64,000 nucleotides of DNA from contig ONKA01000002.1 in assembly GCA_900318265.1 (NCBI GenBank), positions 78,818 through 142,817 of the forward strand, written 5' to 3'. Position numbers and translations under genes: made by a program. This document shows, piece by piece, positions 15,355 through 23,785 of this stretch; positions within the stretch are counted from its first letter, which is position 1, and each line of letters begins with the position of its first letter. Source of the DNA: an uncultured Bacteroidales bacterium (GTDB lineage: Bacteria; Bacteroidota; Bacteroidia; Bacteroidales; F082). Under the pieces are notes generated by a model. That model was not told where the DNA came from. It did not search any database and was given only the letters and a program-made list of their open reading frames with translations.

Positions 15355-17717
15355 GCGATGATGGCGTTGGCGATGAGATAGGCGAACCAGGCACAGAGCC
15401 AAGCCACTACACATTGGAACAGGATGATGAAGAGCATCCATTTACTGCCCAATTCACGGCGGACGGCGGCCATGGCAGCCACGCAAGGCGTGTAGAGCAG
15501 GCAAAAGACCAGCATGGAAATGCTCGTGACGGTGGTGAACAACGGCATGGCGTTCAAGACTTCGAGGGTGGCCACAACGCTTTCCTTGGCCATGAAGCCA
15601 CTCACCAAGGCAGTGACGATCTGCCATTCGCCTAAGCCCAAAGGACGGAATATGGGGGCAATCCAGCCAGCAACGCTGGCCAGCATGCTGCCTTCGCCGT
15701 TTTCGACCATCTGGAAGTGGAAATCAAAGGTCTGCAGGAGCCAAATCACCAAAGAGGCGATGAAGATGACGGTGAAGGCCCGCTGCAGGAAGTCCTTGGT
15801 CTTGTCCCAGAGCAGATGCGCCACGTTTTTGAGGCTCGGCAGACGATAGTTGGGCAGTTCCATGACAAAGGGAGCCACATCGCCTTTGTCGCCGAACCAC
15901 TTGGTGAACAAAGCAGTGATGATGCCGACGATGATGCCTAAGAGGTACAAACCTATCAGCACCAGTCCGCCATGATGGGGGAAGAACATGCTGGTGAAGA
16001 AGGCATAGATCGGGATCTTGGCCGAACAGCTCATGAAAGGTGTCAGTAGGATGGTGCGCCAACGGTCGTGGGTGGAGTGTAGGGTACGTGTGGCCATCAC
16101 AGCGGGCACGGTGCAGCCAAAGCCGATGAGCATAGGCACGATGCTGTGGCCAGTGAGGCCGAGCTTACGCAAGAAACTGTCGCTGACGAAAGCCACGCGT
16201 GCCATATAGCCGCTGTCCTCCAACAGGCTGAGGAAGAAGAACAACAAGATGATGATAGGCACGAAACTCAACACGCTACCCACGCCTCCGAAGATGCCGT
16301 CGACGACGAGTGACTGTATGGCGGGACTGACGTTCCAGTTAGCCAAAGCGTTACCCGTCACTCCGGCGAGCCATGAGATGCCTTGGTCGAGCCAGTCCTG
16401 CAAGGGCGCACCGATGGCGTCGATGCTGAGCCAGATGATGCCCATCATGACGAGGATGAAGATGGGGATGGCAGTCCACTTGCCTGTCAGGATGCGGTCG
16501 ATGCGACGGCTGCGCTGGTATTCTTTGCTTTCCTTGGGTTTGACCACGGTCTTGTCGCAGAGCCTTTTGATGAAGGTGAAACGCATCTCTGCCATGGCCG
16601 CGGCGCGGTCAAGGCCGCGTTCCTCTTCCATCTGTACGATGAGGTGCTCAAGGGTCTCTTTTTCGTTTTGTGAGAGCTGCAGCGCATCCATGACGATGGC
16701 GTCGCCTTCGACGAGTTTGGAAGCGGCAAAGCGTACGGGGATGTCAGCCCTTTGGGCGTGGTCCTCGATGAGGTGCATGATGCTATGAAGGCAGCGGTGC
16801 ACGGCGCCGCCGTGGTCGTCCTTGTCGCAGAAGTCCTGGCGCACGGGCGCTTCCTGATACTTCGCGATGTGGATGGCGTGGTCGACAAGCTCGTTGATAC
16901 CTTCGTTTTTGGCCGCTGAGATGGGCACCACAGGTAAACCAAGGATTTGTTCCATCTCGTTCACCAAGATGCTACCTCCGTTGTTGCGCACCTCATCCAT
17001 CATATTGAGGGCCAAAACCATGGGCTTGCCCAATTCCATGAGTTGCATGGTGAGGTAGAGGTTGCGTTCGATGTTATTGGCATCCACGATGTTGATAATG
17101 CCTTTGGGTTTCTCCTTCATGATGAACTCGCGCGAGACGATTTCCTCGGAGGTGTAGGGCGACAGCGAGTAAATGCCTGGCAGGTCGGTGACAGAGGTGT
17201 CGGGATGTCCTTTGATGGTGCCGTCCTTGCGGTCGACGGTGACGCCGGGGAAGTTGCCCACATGTTGGTTGGCGCCCGTCAGCTGGTTGAAGAGCGTGGT
17301 CTTGCCACAGTTCTGTTGTCCAGCGAGGGCGAAAGTGAGTTTGGTACCTTTGGGTAGCGGGGTTTCGTGTGTCTTGTCGTGGTAGATGCCTTCCTCACCC
17401 AAGCCTGGGTGGGCGTTGTGGTCGGGGAGGGAGGTGATATAGAGACGGTCGGGGTTGAAGTTTTTGGTGTCGGCTTCGGTTTGGGTGTCGTCGCAGGGCT
17501 CGGTTTCGATAAGGGCGGCATCGGCATTGCGCAGGGTGAGTGCGTAGCCATGGATCATCACCTCCATCGGGTCGCCAAGGGGCGCATATTTCACGATTTT
17601 GATGACGGCATCGGGGATGAGGCCCATGTCAAGGAAGTGCTGGCGGCGTTGGCCTTCACCTCCCACGGCCTTGATGCGTGCGGACTGACCTATTTCGAGT
17701 TTATCTAAGGTTGTCAT
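15351..17717 (-). CDS. feoB: ferrous iron transporter, FeoA-FeoB fusion
   Basis: The N-terminal FeoA-like SH3 segment reads MTTLDKLEIGQSARIKAVGG..MGLIPDAVIKIV... It is followed by the FeoB G-domain (GQQNCGKTTLFNQLTG) and a polytopic membrane domain. The start is the ATG at 17715-17717, after the -7 box at 17740-17747. Confidence 0.95.
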   Translation of the reverse strand: MTTLDKLEIGQSARIKAVGGEGQRRQHFLDMGLIPDAVIKIVKYAPLGDPMEVMIHGYALTLRNADAALIETEPCDDTQTEADTKNFNPDRLYITSLPDHNAHPGLGEEGIYHDKTHETPLPKGTKLTFALAGQQNCGKTTLFNQLTGANQHVGNFPGVTVDRKDGTIKGHPDTSVTDLPGIYSLSPYTSEEIVSREFIMKEKPKGIINIVDANNIERNLYLTMQLMELGKPMVLALNMMDEVRNNGGSILVNEMEQILGLPVVPISAAKNEGINELVDHAIHIAKYQEAPVRQDFCDKDDHGGAVHRCLHSIMHLIEDHAQRADIPVRFAASKLVEGDAIVMDALQLSQNEKETLEHLIVQMEEERGLDRAAAMAEMRFTFIKRLCDKTVVKPKESKEYQRSRRIDRILTGKWTAIPIFILVMMGIIWLSIDAIGAPLQDWLDQGISWLAGVTGNALANWNVSPAIQSLVVDGIFGGVGSVLSFVPIIILLFFFLSLLEDSGYMARVAFVSDSFLRKLGLTGHSIVPMLIGFGCTVPAVMATRTLHSTHDRWRTILLTPFMSCSAKIPIYAFFTSMFFPHHGGLVLIGLYLLGIIVGIITALFTKWFGDKGDVAPFVMELPNYRLPSLKNVAHLLWDKTKDFLQRAFTVIFIASLVIWLLQTFDFHFQMVENGEGSMLASVAGWIAPIFRPLGLGEWQIVTALVSGFMAKESVVATLEVLNAMPLFTTVTSISMLVFCLLYTPCVAAMAAVRRELGSKWMLFIILFQCVVAWLCAWFAYLIANAIIA

Positions 17718-17739
17718 TGGATGCTTTTGTTTGATGCTG

Positions 17740-17747
17740 CAAAAATA
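17740..17747 (-). promoter_or_regulatory. -7 box TATTTTTG (feoAB operon)
   Basis: Plus strand reads CAAAAATA, ~23 nt upstream of ATG 17717. Confidence 0.6.
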
Positions 17748-17837
17748 CAAAGACAATCCGTACGCTTTTATCCTTATTAATAATACTTTTTGTCAATAAA
17801 GCTCATCATTTGTGATGAGGAGAAAGAGAATCCTTTG

Positions 17838-19361
17838 TTATTTGGCCTTCTTTTTCAGCCTTTCAGCTTCGCCGTGCGTGTAGTACCGTATGGTTACCTC
17901 CGGTTTTTTTCTCTCTTCCGTTTTGACCTCGCAATTGAACGACACTGGTGAGGTACCTTCATTCAAGACCGACTCGCCTTGTGCGGTCACGTCGGTAACC
18001 TTGTTGTAGTTCAAATCGGTGATACAGGCGTTGCCTTCGAAGTCATAGATGAGGTATTGTCCGGCTTTGATGGAACAAGGGAAATAGAGCATTCCGTTGG
18101 GCGTCATGAAGGTCAGGTTATTGATGCTTCCTTTGCCTTCCACGCAGATGCTGAGTGCGAAGCGGCTCGTGTAAGGAGAGTTCCATTCCCATTGGTCATC
18201 AGTGAAATTACAGAAATAACGGCGTGAGTTGTGTTGTGGATAAAGAAGAAAGGTTGAATCCTCGTCTTTCTTGATGTGCCAGTCGCTATAGGGGTCTTTA
18301 AGTGCTTCCTTCATTTTGTCGCTGAAGGCATGGGATAAGCGAAGGTATTCCCATGTACGAATGGTGTTCAGCATGATATGGGTCAGGCCATGTTTTCGCA
18401 TGGTTTCCGTGCTGAAGTCGAGGCCGAAACCAGCATCAAAGGCGGCGGCTTTGGAGAGGAACCACTCCAGTTCCTCCATCGAGGTCGATTTTCGGTTCTT
18501 GTCGGCCAGATGGATCTTGAAGTTGCCAATCATCCAAGGCATCTGTGTTTTGCGATAGAACTCCTGTTTCTCGGCCAACGTCTCCACCATGGTGCTTCGC
18601 ATGGTCTCGTTCCAAAGCTGGTTTTCGTTGACGCGGCTCAGATAGGGCCATGCGGCTGGGGTGAGCAGGTCGGCCTGCAAGAGTTTGTCGGGATTGTATT
18701 TGTGCATCGTGTCGAGGAAATGACCGATGGACAAGTCGCCTTGGTCGTTGTAGGCATAGCTCTTCAAGTCGTTGAAAATCAATAGTGGATAGTCGGTGTT
18801 GGCTATTTTTTTGGCCTCGGATTGCGCCATTTGGTCTTGCGTCTCCAGGTCGGGTAGGAGGGTACGCTCGGGCGTGTCCCAGAGTTTGTAGACGACAGCG
18901 TTCTTGCCATGAGCCACTCTTCTGGTGCCAAAGGCGCCGCGGACACAATGGTAGAACAAGTGGATGTTGCCCACTTTTTCCACACTGCGGTAGGTGACAA
19001 GCTCATCGTCGATTTGCAGCACGTTGATGGTGGAGGGGATGTCGAAGAGCTCGGAGTGGTAGACGGCAAACTCGTTTTGCTTGTCGTCGATGGGAAGTTG
19101 CAGGTGCAGGAGGCCTTGTTTCAAGAGGTGTTTCGAGGGCTTTGGTCCGACGAGTTTACTGTCGGTAGGGATGCGGTTGGCTAGCACGATGAGTCCTAGG
19201 TCAAGACCGGCTTGATGGGCTTTGTCTTTCAAATATGCAGCATCTTTCGGGTTGCCATTGGCAATCAGATAGGATTTTGTGCTTCTCGGAACGAGTGGTT
19301 CTTGCGCGAAGGCGATCATCGTGCAAAGCAACAAGCAAATGATGGCTAAGATCCTCTTCAT
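17838..19361 (-). CDS. hypothetical secreted protein (507 aa)
   Basis: Signal peptide MKRILAIICLLLCTMIAFA/QE. I recognise no family. Its start overlaps the dgt stop by 1 nt. Confidence 0.75.
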   Translation of the reverse strand: MKRILAIICLLLCTMIAFAQEPLVPRSTKSYLIANGNPKDAAYLKDKAHQAGLDLGLIVLANRIPTDSKLVGPKPSKHLLKQGLLHLQLPIDDKQNEFAVYHSELFDIPSTINVLQIDDELVTYRSVEKVGNIHLFYHCVRGAFGTRRVAHGKNAVVYKLWDTPERTLLPDLETQDQMAQSEAKKIANTDYPLLIFNDLKSYAYNDQGDLSIGHFLDTMHKYNPDKLLQADLLTPAAWPYLSRVNENQLWNETMRSTMVETLAEKQEFYRKTQMPWMIGNFKIHLADKNRKSTSMEELEWFLSKAAAFDAGFGLDFSTETMRKHGLTHIMLNTIRTWEYLRLSHAFSDKMKEALKDPYSDWHIKKDEDSTFLLYPQHNSRRYFCNFTDDQWEWNSPYTSRFALSICVEGKGSINNLTFMTPNGMLYFPCSIKAGQYLIYDFEGNACITDLNYNKVTDVTAQGESVLNEGTSPVSFNCEVKTEERKKPEVTIRYYTHGEAERLKKKAK

Positions 19362-20674
19362 CAGTCGATTCCTCTTAAGTCTTTGTAAAGTTGTACGGCG
19401 TAAAGGTCGGTCATGTTGGAGATGAAGTCCACGACAGACTGCAGTTTGGTGTAAGTGTCGTTGGTGGCCACCTTGAATTGTTCGGGGATGAGGGAGATCA
19501 GCTTTATATTATAAGGTGTGTCGGGGTTTAGCACGGCGTCGGTGAATTGTTCCAATAGCGTGCCGATGACGTTGAAGCCGGTCAGCTCGATCTTGACCAC
19601 AGAGGGATGGCGGTAGATGTGTTTCACGGAGGTGTCGCGACAGCGGTCGAGGGCGTTCTTCTCAAACTCGGGCAGATGGGCGATGAGGCTCTTCTCGAAG
19701 CGGCCTTCCATGATGGCGTCGTAATTCATGATGAAGATGTCGCTGGCCAGGTTCACCAACTTGTTGATGAGCATGGCGCGGAGGAAAGCCATCCGCTCGT
19801 TGGTGTCGGTCACGTCGCGGTAGGCATCGTCGCGGTGCTTGAAAAAGTCTTTGTCTTTGCCGGGTTCGAAGAACGACACGAAGCAGTTTTCGATGGCCTC
19901 GGTGCCGATGATGCCGCGCTTATGGGCGTCTTCCATGTCGAGGACGAGGTAGCAGATGTCGTCGGCGGCCTCCATCAAATATGAAAGAGGATGGCGGGCA
20001 TACACGAGATGATTGGTATCCAAGCGAGGCATGCCGCATTCTTCCACGACTTCCTTAAATGCTTCAATTTCGGAGTAGAAGACGTTGTATTTCTTGCGGC
20101 TGCCTTTGTCGTAGGAAGGGTAGGGGTACTTCAACAAGGTGGCCAAGGTGGCTGAGGTCAGCGAGAAGCCGCCCGCGCGTCGGCCTGTGAACTGATGCGT
20201 CAGCTGACGGAAGGCGTTGGCATTACCTTCGAAGGCGATGAGGTCGCTCCATTGCTCGGGCAGTACTTGGCTTTGCAGTTCCTTGCCTTTGCCGTCGCGG
20301 AAGAAGCTGCTGATGGTGTCTTCTCCCGAATGGCCAAAAGGAGGGTTGCCGAGATCGTGGGCCAGACAGGCCGATGCCACGATGGTCTCAATGTCGGATT
20401 GGCGTTCCTTCAGCTCGGGGTGCTTCTTGGCCAGCCGTTCCACAGTGCGGCAGGCGATGGAACGGCCCACACTGGCCACTTCGAGGCTATGCGTGAGACG
20501 ATTGTGGACCATCTGCGCGCCAGGTAGCGGAAACACTTGGGTCTTGTTCTCCAAGCGGCGGAAGGGACTGCTGAAGATGATGCGGTCATAGTCGCGCTGG
20601 AAAGAGCTGCGGATGTCGGGGCTCTTGTGCGGCTGCGCATAGCGTTTGTTGGAAAGTAGGTCGTTCCAGTTCAT
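19361..20674 (-). CDS. dgt: dGTP triphosphohydrolase-like HD-domain protein
   Basis: MNWNDLLSNKRY.., ..VHNRLTHSLEVASVGRS.., ..CLAHDLGNPPFGHSGE.. (HD motif). Confidence 0.9.
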   Translation of the reverse strand: MNWNDLLSNKRYAQPHKSPDIRSSFQRDYDRIIFSSPFRRLENKTQVFPLPGAQMVHNRLTHSLEVASVGRSIACRTVERLAKKHPELKERQSDIETIVASACLAHDLGNPPFGHSGEDTISSFFRDGKGKELQSQVLPEQWSDLIAFEGNANAFRQLTHQFTGRRAGGFSLTSATLATLLKYPYPSYDKGSRKKYNVFYSEIEAFKEVVEECGMPRLDTNHLVYARHPLSYLMEAADDICYLVLDMEDAHKRGIIGTEAIENCFVSFFEPGKDKDFFKHRDDAYRDVTDTNERMAFLRAMLINKLVNLASDIFIMNYDAIMEGRFEKSLIAHLPEFEKNALDRCRDTSVKHIYRHPSVVKIELTGFNVIGTLLEQFTDAVLNPDTPYNIKLISLIPEQFKVATNDTYTKLQSVVDFISNMTDLYAVQLYKDLRGID

Positions 20675-20741
20675 GACTCGTGATTTTGGCGCAAATTTAC
20701 AGAAAAACATTGGAATTGCAGTATCCAAAGGAATAATTGCG

Positions 20742-20749
20742 TACTTTTG
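20742..20749 (+). promoter_or_regulatory. -7 box TACTTTTG (EamA transporter)
   Basis: 33 nt before ATG 20782. Confidence 0.6.
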
Positions 20750-20781
20750 CCGCCGATCTTACGATTTCAAAGCATCACATC

Positions 20782-21693
20782 ATGTGGGTAGTCTTATCTT
20801 TGATTTCAGCCGTATTGTTGGGCTTCTACGACATCTTCAAGAAACAGACCGTCGTCAACAATGCCATCATTCCCGTACTGTTTTATAGCACCTTGGTCAG
20901 CGGACTCATGTTTTTGCCTTTTGTCCTACTGTCGCAATTCAAACCCTATATCTTTGAGGGCGACTTCATGCAGAAGCTTTTCATCGAGCCGTTGACGTTG
21001 CGGCAGCATTTGCTCATCATGGGCAAGACGGCGCTCATCTTGGCTTCGTGGATGTTCAGCTATTCGGCCATGAAACATCTGCCTATCACTGTGGTGGGTC
21101 CTGTCAACCAGTTGCGTCCCGCCATCTCAGTCATCTTGCTGTTCTTGATCTTCCAAGAGAAACTGACTTGGTTGCAATGGACTGGCGTGGTGTTGGCCAT
21201 CGTGTCGTTCTATCTGATGAACCGTTCCGGTAAGTTGGAGGGCATACACTTCAAGTCGAACAAATGGGTGTATATGTTGTTGGGCTCGGCGATTTTGGTC
21301 GCCTTGAGTGGCGTTTACGACAAATTCCTGCTCAGCAAGGAGAATATTTCACCGTCTACCATCCAAGCATGGTACACCATTTACGACTTCCTCATGATGG
21401 CCTTGATGTTTCTCCTCATTTGGCTGCCCAAGCGAAAGGAACAGCCTTTCGAGTGGCGTTGGGGCATCGTGGCCATGGCGGTCTTCGTCACCGTGGCCGA
21501 TGTCATCTATCTCACTGGCTTGAAGCAGGATGCCGCCGTGGTGGTGCTCATCCCGCTCATCCTCTATGGTGTGCGCCTCGTCGTGTCGTTCATCTACGGC
21601 ATCTTCGGCTTTAAGGAGAAGAACATCCGCAGCAAGATCATTCCTTTGCTGATGGTGTTGGCGGCGCTGGTGTGCCTGTGCATTAAGGCATGA
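20782..21693 (+). CDS. EamA/DMT-family transporter
   Basis: About 10 hydrophobic helices, starting MWVVLSLISAVLLGFYDIFKK... A -7 box lies at 20742-20749. Confidence 0.8.
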   Translation: MWVVLSLISAVLLGFYDIFKKQTVVNNAIIPVLFYSTLVSGLMFLPFVLLSQFKPYIFEGDFMQKLFIEPLTLRQHLLIMGKTALILASWMFSYSAMKHLPITVVGPVNQLRPAISVILLFLIFQEKLTWLQWTGVVLAIVSFYLMNRSGKLEGIHFKSNKWVYMLLGSAILVALSGVYDKFLLSKENISPSTIQAWYTIYDFLMMALMFLLIWLPKRKEQPFEWRWGIVAMAVFVTVADVIYLTGLKQDAAVVVLIPLILYGVRLVVSFIYGIFGFKEKNIRSKIIPLLMVLAALVCLCIKA

Positions 21694-21754
21694 CGCGATT
21701 CTGTGAAAATTATGCTTTTTCGTTGAAAAAATAATAGGATATATAGAAATTTTC

Positions 21755-21762
21755 TATATTTG
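21755..21762 (+). promoter_or_regulatory. -7 box TATATTTG (acyl-CoA ligase)
   Basis: 24 nt before ATG 21786. Confidence 0.6.
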
Positions 21763-21785
21763 CAGATTATTGAAACGAGAACAAT

Positions 21786-23555
21786 ATGGAAATAAAAAGA
21801 GTATTTGACTTGCTTGACAATTATGTCGAGAAGTACCCCAACCAAAAAGTAGCCCTGGCCGGTAAGAAAAACGGCCAATGGGTGAATTACAGCTCAACTT
21901 CATACAAAGAACACTCCGATACGCTGAGTTATGCCCTCATTGAGTTGGGCATTGAGAAAGGTGACAAGGTGGCCATGATCCTTACCAACCGCCCTGAATG
22001 GAACATGCTCGACATGGCCATCAGCCAGGTGGGTGCCATCACGGTGCCCGTCTATCCTACCATCAGTGAGGACGACTATCGTTATATCCTTCACGACTGC
22101 GATGCCAAGATGGTCATCATCGACGGCCTCAGCGTGATGAACAAAGTGACCAACATCCTGCCTGATGCACCCAACGTGAAGTTGGTCTACACCATGGTTG
22201 ACCGTGAGAAATATCCTTATTTCGACCAACTGCTGCAACTTGGAAAGGATCATCCGCACGTCGAAGAGTTGGCTGCCCGCAAGGCCGCTGTCGATGAGAT
22301 GGAGTGCGCGACCATCATCTACACTTCTGGCACCACAGGTACACCCAAGGGCGTGATGCTTTCGCACCACAACCTGATGAACCAGTTCCCGAACTTCCAT
22401 TACACTATTAGCGACACCTCTAACAAGGCCTTCAGCTTCCTGCCTGTGTGCCATGCTTACGAGCGTGCGCTGAACTATTGCTATCAATATCGTGGCATGT
22501 CCATCTATTATGCCGAGAGTTTGGGTACCATAGCCTCTGACATGCGTGAGGTGCATCCAACGATGATGTGCGCTGTGCCGCGCGTCTTGGAACGCTTCTA
22601 TGACGCCATCCTGCAATCGGGTAAGAAACAGAAGGGCATTAAGAAACGCATCTTCTTCTGGGCCGTGCGCCTTGGCGAGCGTTATAAGATTGATGCAGTC
22701 AGCCGTCACTGGTTCTATGATTGGAAGCTGGGTATCGCCGACAAGCTGGTTTACGCCAAAATCAGGGAAGGTATCGGCGCCGACAACTTCGACATCATCG
22801 TGTCGGGTGCCGCCGCCATCTCGCAAAAGATTGCCGGATTCTTCTCCGCCATCAAGATGCCTGTGTTTGAAGGCTATGGTTTGACGGAGACATCTCCTGT
22901 CATCGCCGTCAGCAACCGCAGCCCTCATGGTCGCGAAGTGGGCTATGTGGGTCAACCCTTGCCTGGCACTGAGGTGAAGATTGCGGACAACGGTGAGATT
23001 TGCTGCCGTGGCCACAATGTGATGATGGGCTACTACAAACACCCCGAACTCACCAAGGAGGTCATCGATGAGGAAGGCTGGTTCCACACGGGCGATATGG
23101 GCGAGATTGACCAATACAACCGCTTACGTATCACAGGCCGTATCAAGAGCCTCTTCAAGACCTCGGGCGGCAAATACATCAACCCTGATGTCATCGAAGC
23201 CAAGTTCTGCGCTTCCAAACTGATAGAAAACATCCTTGTGGTAGGTGAGAACCAAAAGTTCGCTGGCGCCCTCATCATCCCGAGCTTCAGTGACCTCAAG
23301 TCATGGTGTGCTGAAGAGAAAATCCCCTATACGACCAACGAGGAGATGATCCAGAATCCCGAGGTGCTCAAGCGCTTTGCGAAGGAAGTCAACGAGCTGA
23401 ACAAGGGCTTGGGCGAGACCGAGAAGATTAAGAAACAAGTGCTGCTCGCCGACGAGTGGAGCATTGGCAATGGCTTGCTGACGCCCACGCTTAAAGTGAA
23501 ACGCAAGGTCCTCATCGCTAAGTACAAGGACGTCATCGATAAGATGTTCGAATAA
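21786..23555 (+). CDS. long-chain fatty acid--CoA ligase (AMP-forming)
   Basis: AMP-binding signature IIYTSGTTGTPKGVMLSHHNL, plus ..GYGLTETSP.. and ..GWFHTGDMG... 589 aa. Confidence 0.92.
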   Translation: MEIKRVFDLLDNYVEKYPNQKVALAGKKNGQWVNYSSTSYKEHSDTLSYALIELGIEKGDKVAMILTNRPEWNMLDMAISQVGAITVPVYPTISEDDYRYILHDCDAKMVIIDGLSVMNKVTNILPDAPNVKLVYTMVDREKYPYFDQLLQLGKDHPHVEELAARKAAVDEMECATIIYTSGTTGTPKGVMLSHHNLMNQFPNFHYTISDTSNKAFSFLPVCHAYERALNYCYQYRGMSIYYAESLGTIASDMREVHPTMMCAVPRVLERFYDAILQSGKKQKGIKKRIFFWAVRLGERYKIDAVSRHWFYDWKLGIADKLVYAKIREGIGADNFDIIVSGAAAISQKIAGFFSAIKMPVFEGYGLTETSPVIAVSNRSPHGREVGYVGQPLPGTEVKIADNGEICCRGHNVMMGYYKHPELTKEVIDEEGWFHTGDMGEIDQYNRLRITGRIKSLFKTSGGKYINPDVIEAKFCASKLIENILVVGENQKFAGALIIPSFSDLKSWCAEEKIPYTTNEEMIQNPEVLKRFAKEVNELNKGLGETEKIKKQVLLADEWSIGNGLLTPTLKVKRKVLIAKYKDVIDKMFE

Positions 23556-23561
23556 TATTGT

Positions 23562-23584
23562 AGAGACGGTGTGACACCGTCTCT
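23562..23584 (+). terminator. hairpin after the acyl-CoA ligase gene
   Basis: AGAGACGGTG-tga-CACCGTCTCT with no clear T-run. A second hairpin ATGGCCGCT..AGCGGCCAT follows at ~23604-23630. Confidence 0.5.
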
Positions 23585-23708
23585 GTTCAAGAACAAATGG
23601 CCGCTTCAACCTCGTGTTGGAGCGGCCATAGTCGTTTATAAAATTGTTATTAAATACGAAAAACTAAAAATAGGTAATTTTACGGATAGACAATTCGTAT
23701 TTTTACCT

Positions 23709-23716
23709 TATATTTG
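23709..23716 (+). promoter_or_regulatory. -7 box TATATTTG (T9SS adhesin-like gene)
   Basis: 70 nt before ATG 23786. The 5' UTR starts with nested palindromes (GTTGAATAG..CTATTCAAC). Confidence 0.55.
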
Positions 23717-23785
23717 CCTCGTTGAATAGTGTTCATCTATTCAACAGTTTATGAACATTATATGTCAAACAAAAATTAAATCATT

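Noticed and set aside
15184-15441. The 85-aa version of the ORF downstream of feoB, overlapping the feoB 3' end by 90 nt.
   Set aside because: The internal ATG at 15354 overlaps the feoB stop (ATGA). It yields the typical TM plus Cys-rich FeoB-associated peptide. The upstream extension has no coding features.
19361-20674. dGTPase as an anti-phage dNTP-depletion defence gene.
   Set aside because: No mobile or defence-island context is visible. The gene sits among core genes and looks like the conserved housekeeping Dgt-like protein. This cannot be excluded without phylogeny.
21900-23114. 404-aa minus-strand ORF antisense to the acyl-CoA ligase gene. Similar cases are 34451..35605, 40246..41316, 45484..46773 (429 aa), 52544..54025 (493 aa), 53886..54779 and 60769..61851.
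   Set aside because: Each lies antisense to a gene with unmistakable conserved motifs. The antisense translations are low-complexity (V/G/H/A/L/D-rich). This is the expected by-product of the codon bias of the sense gene.
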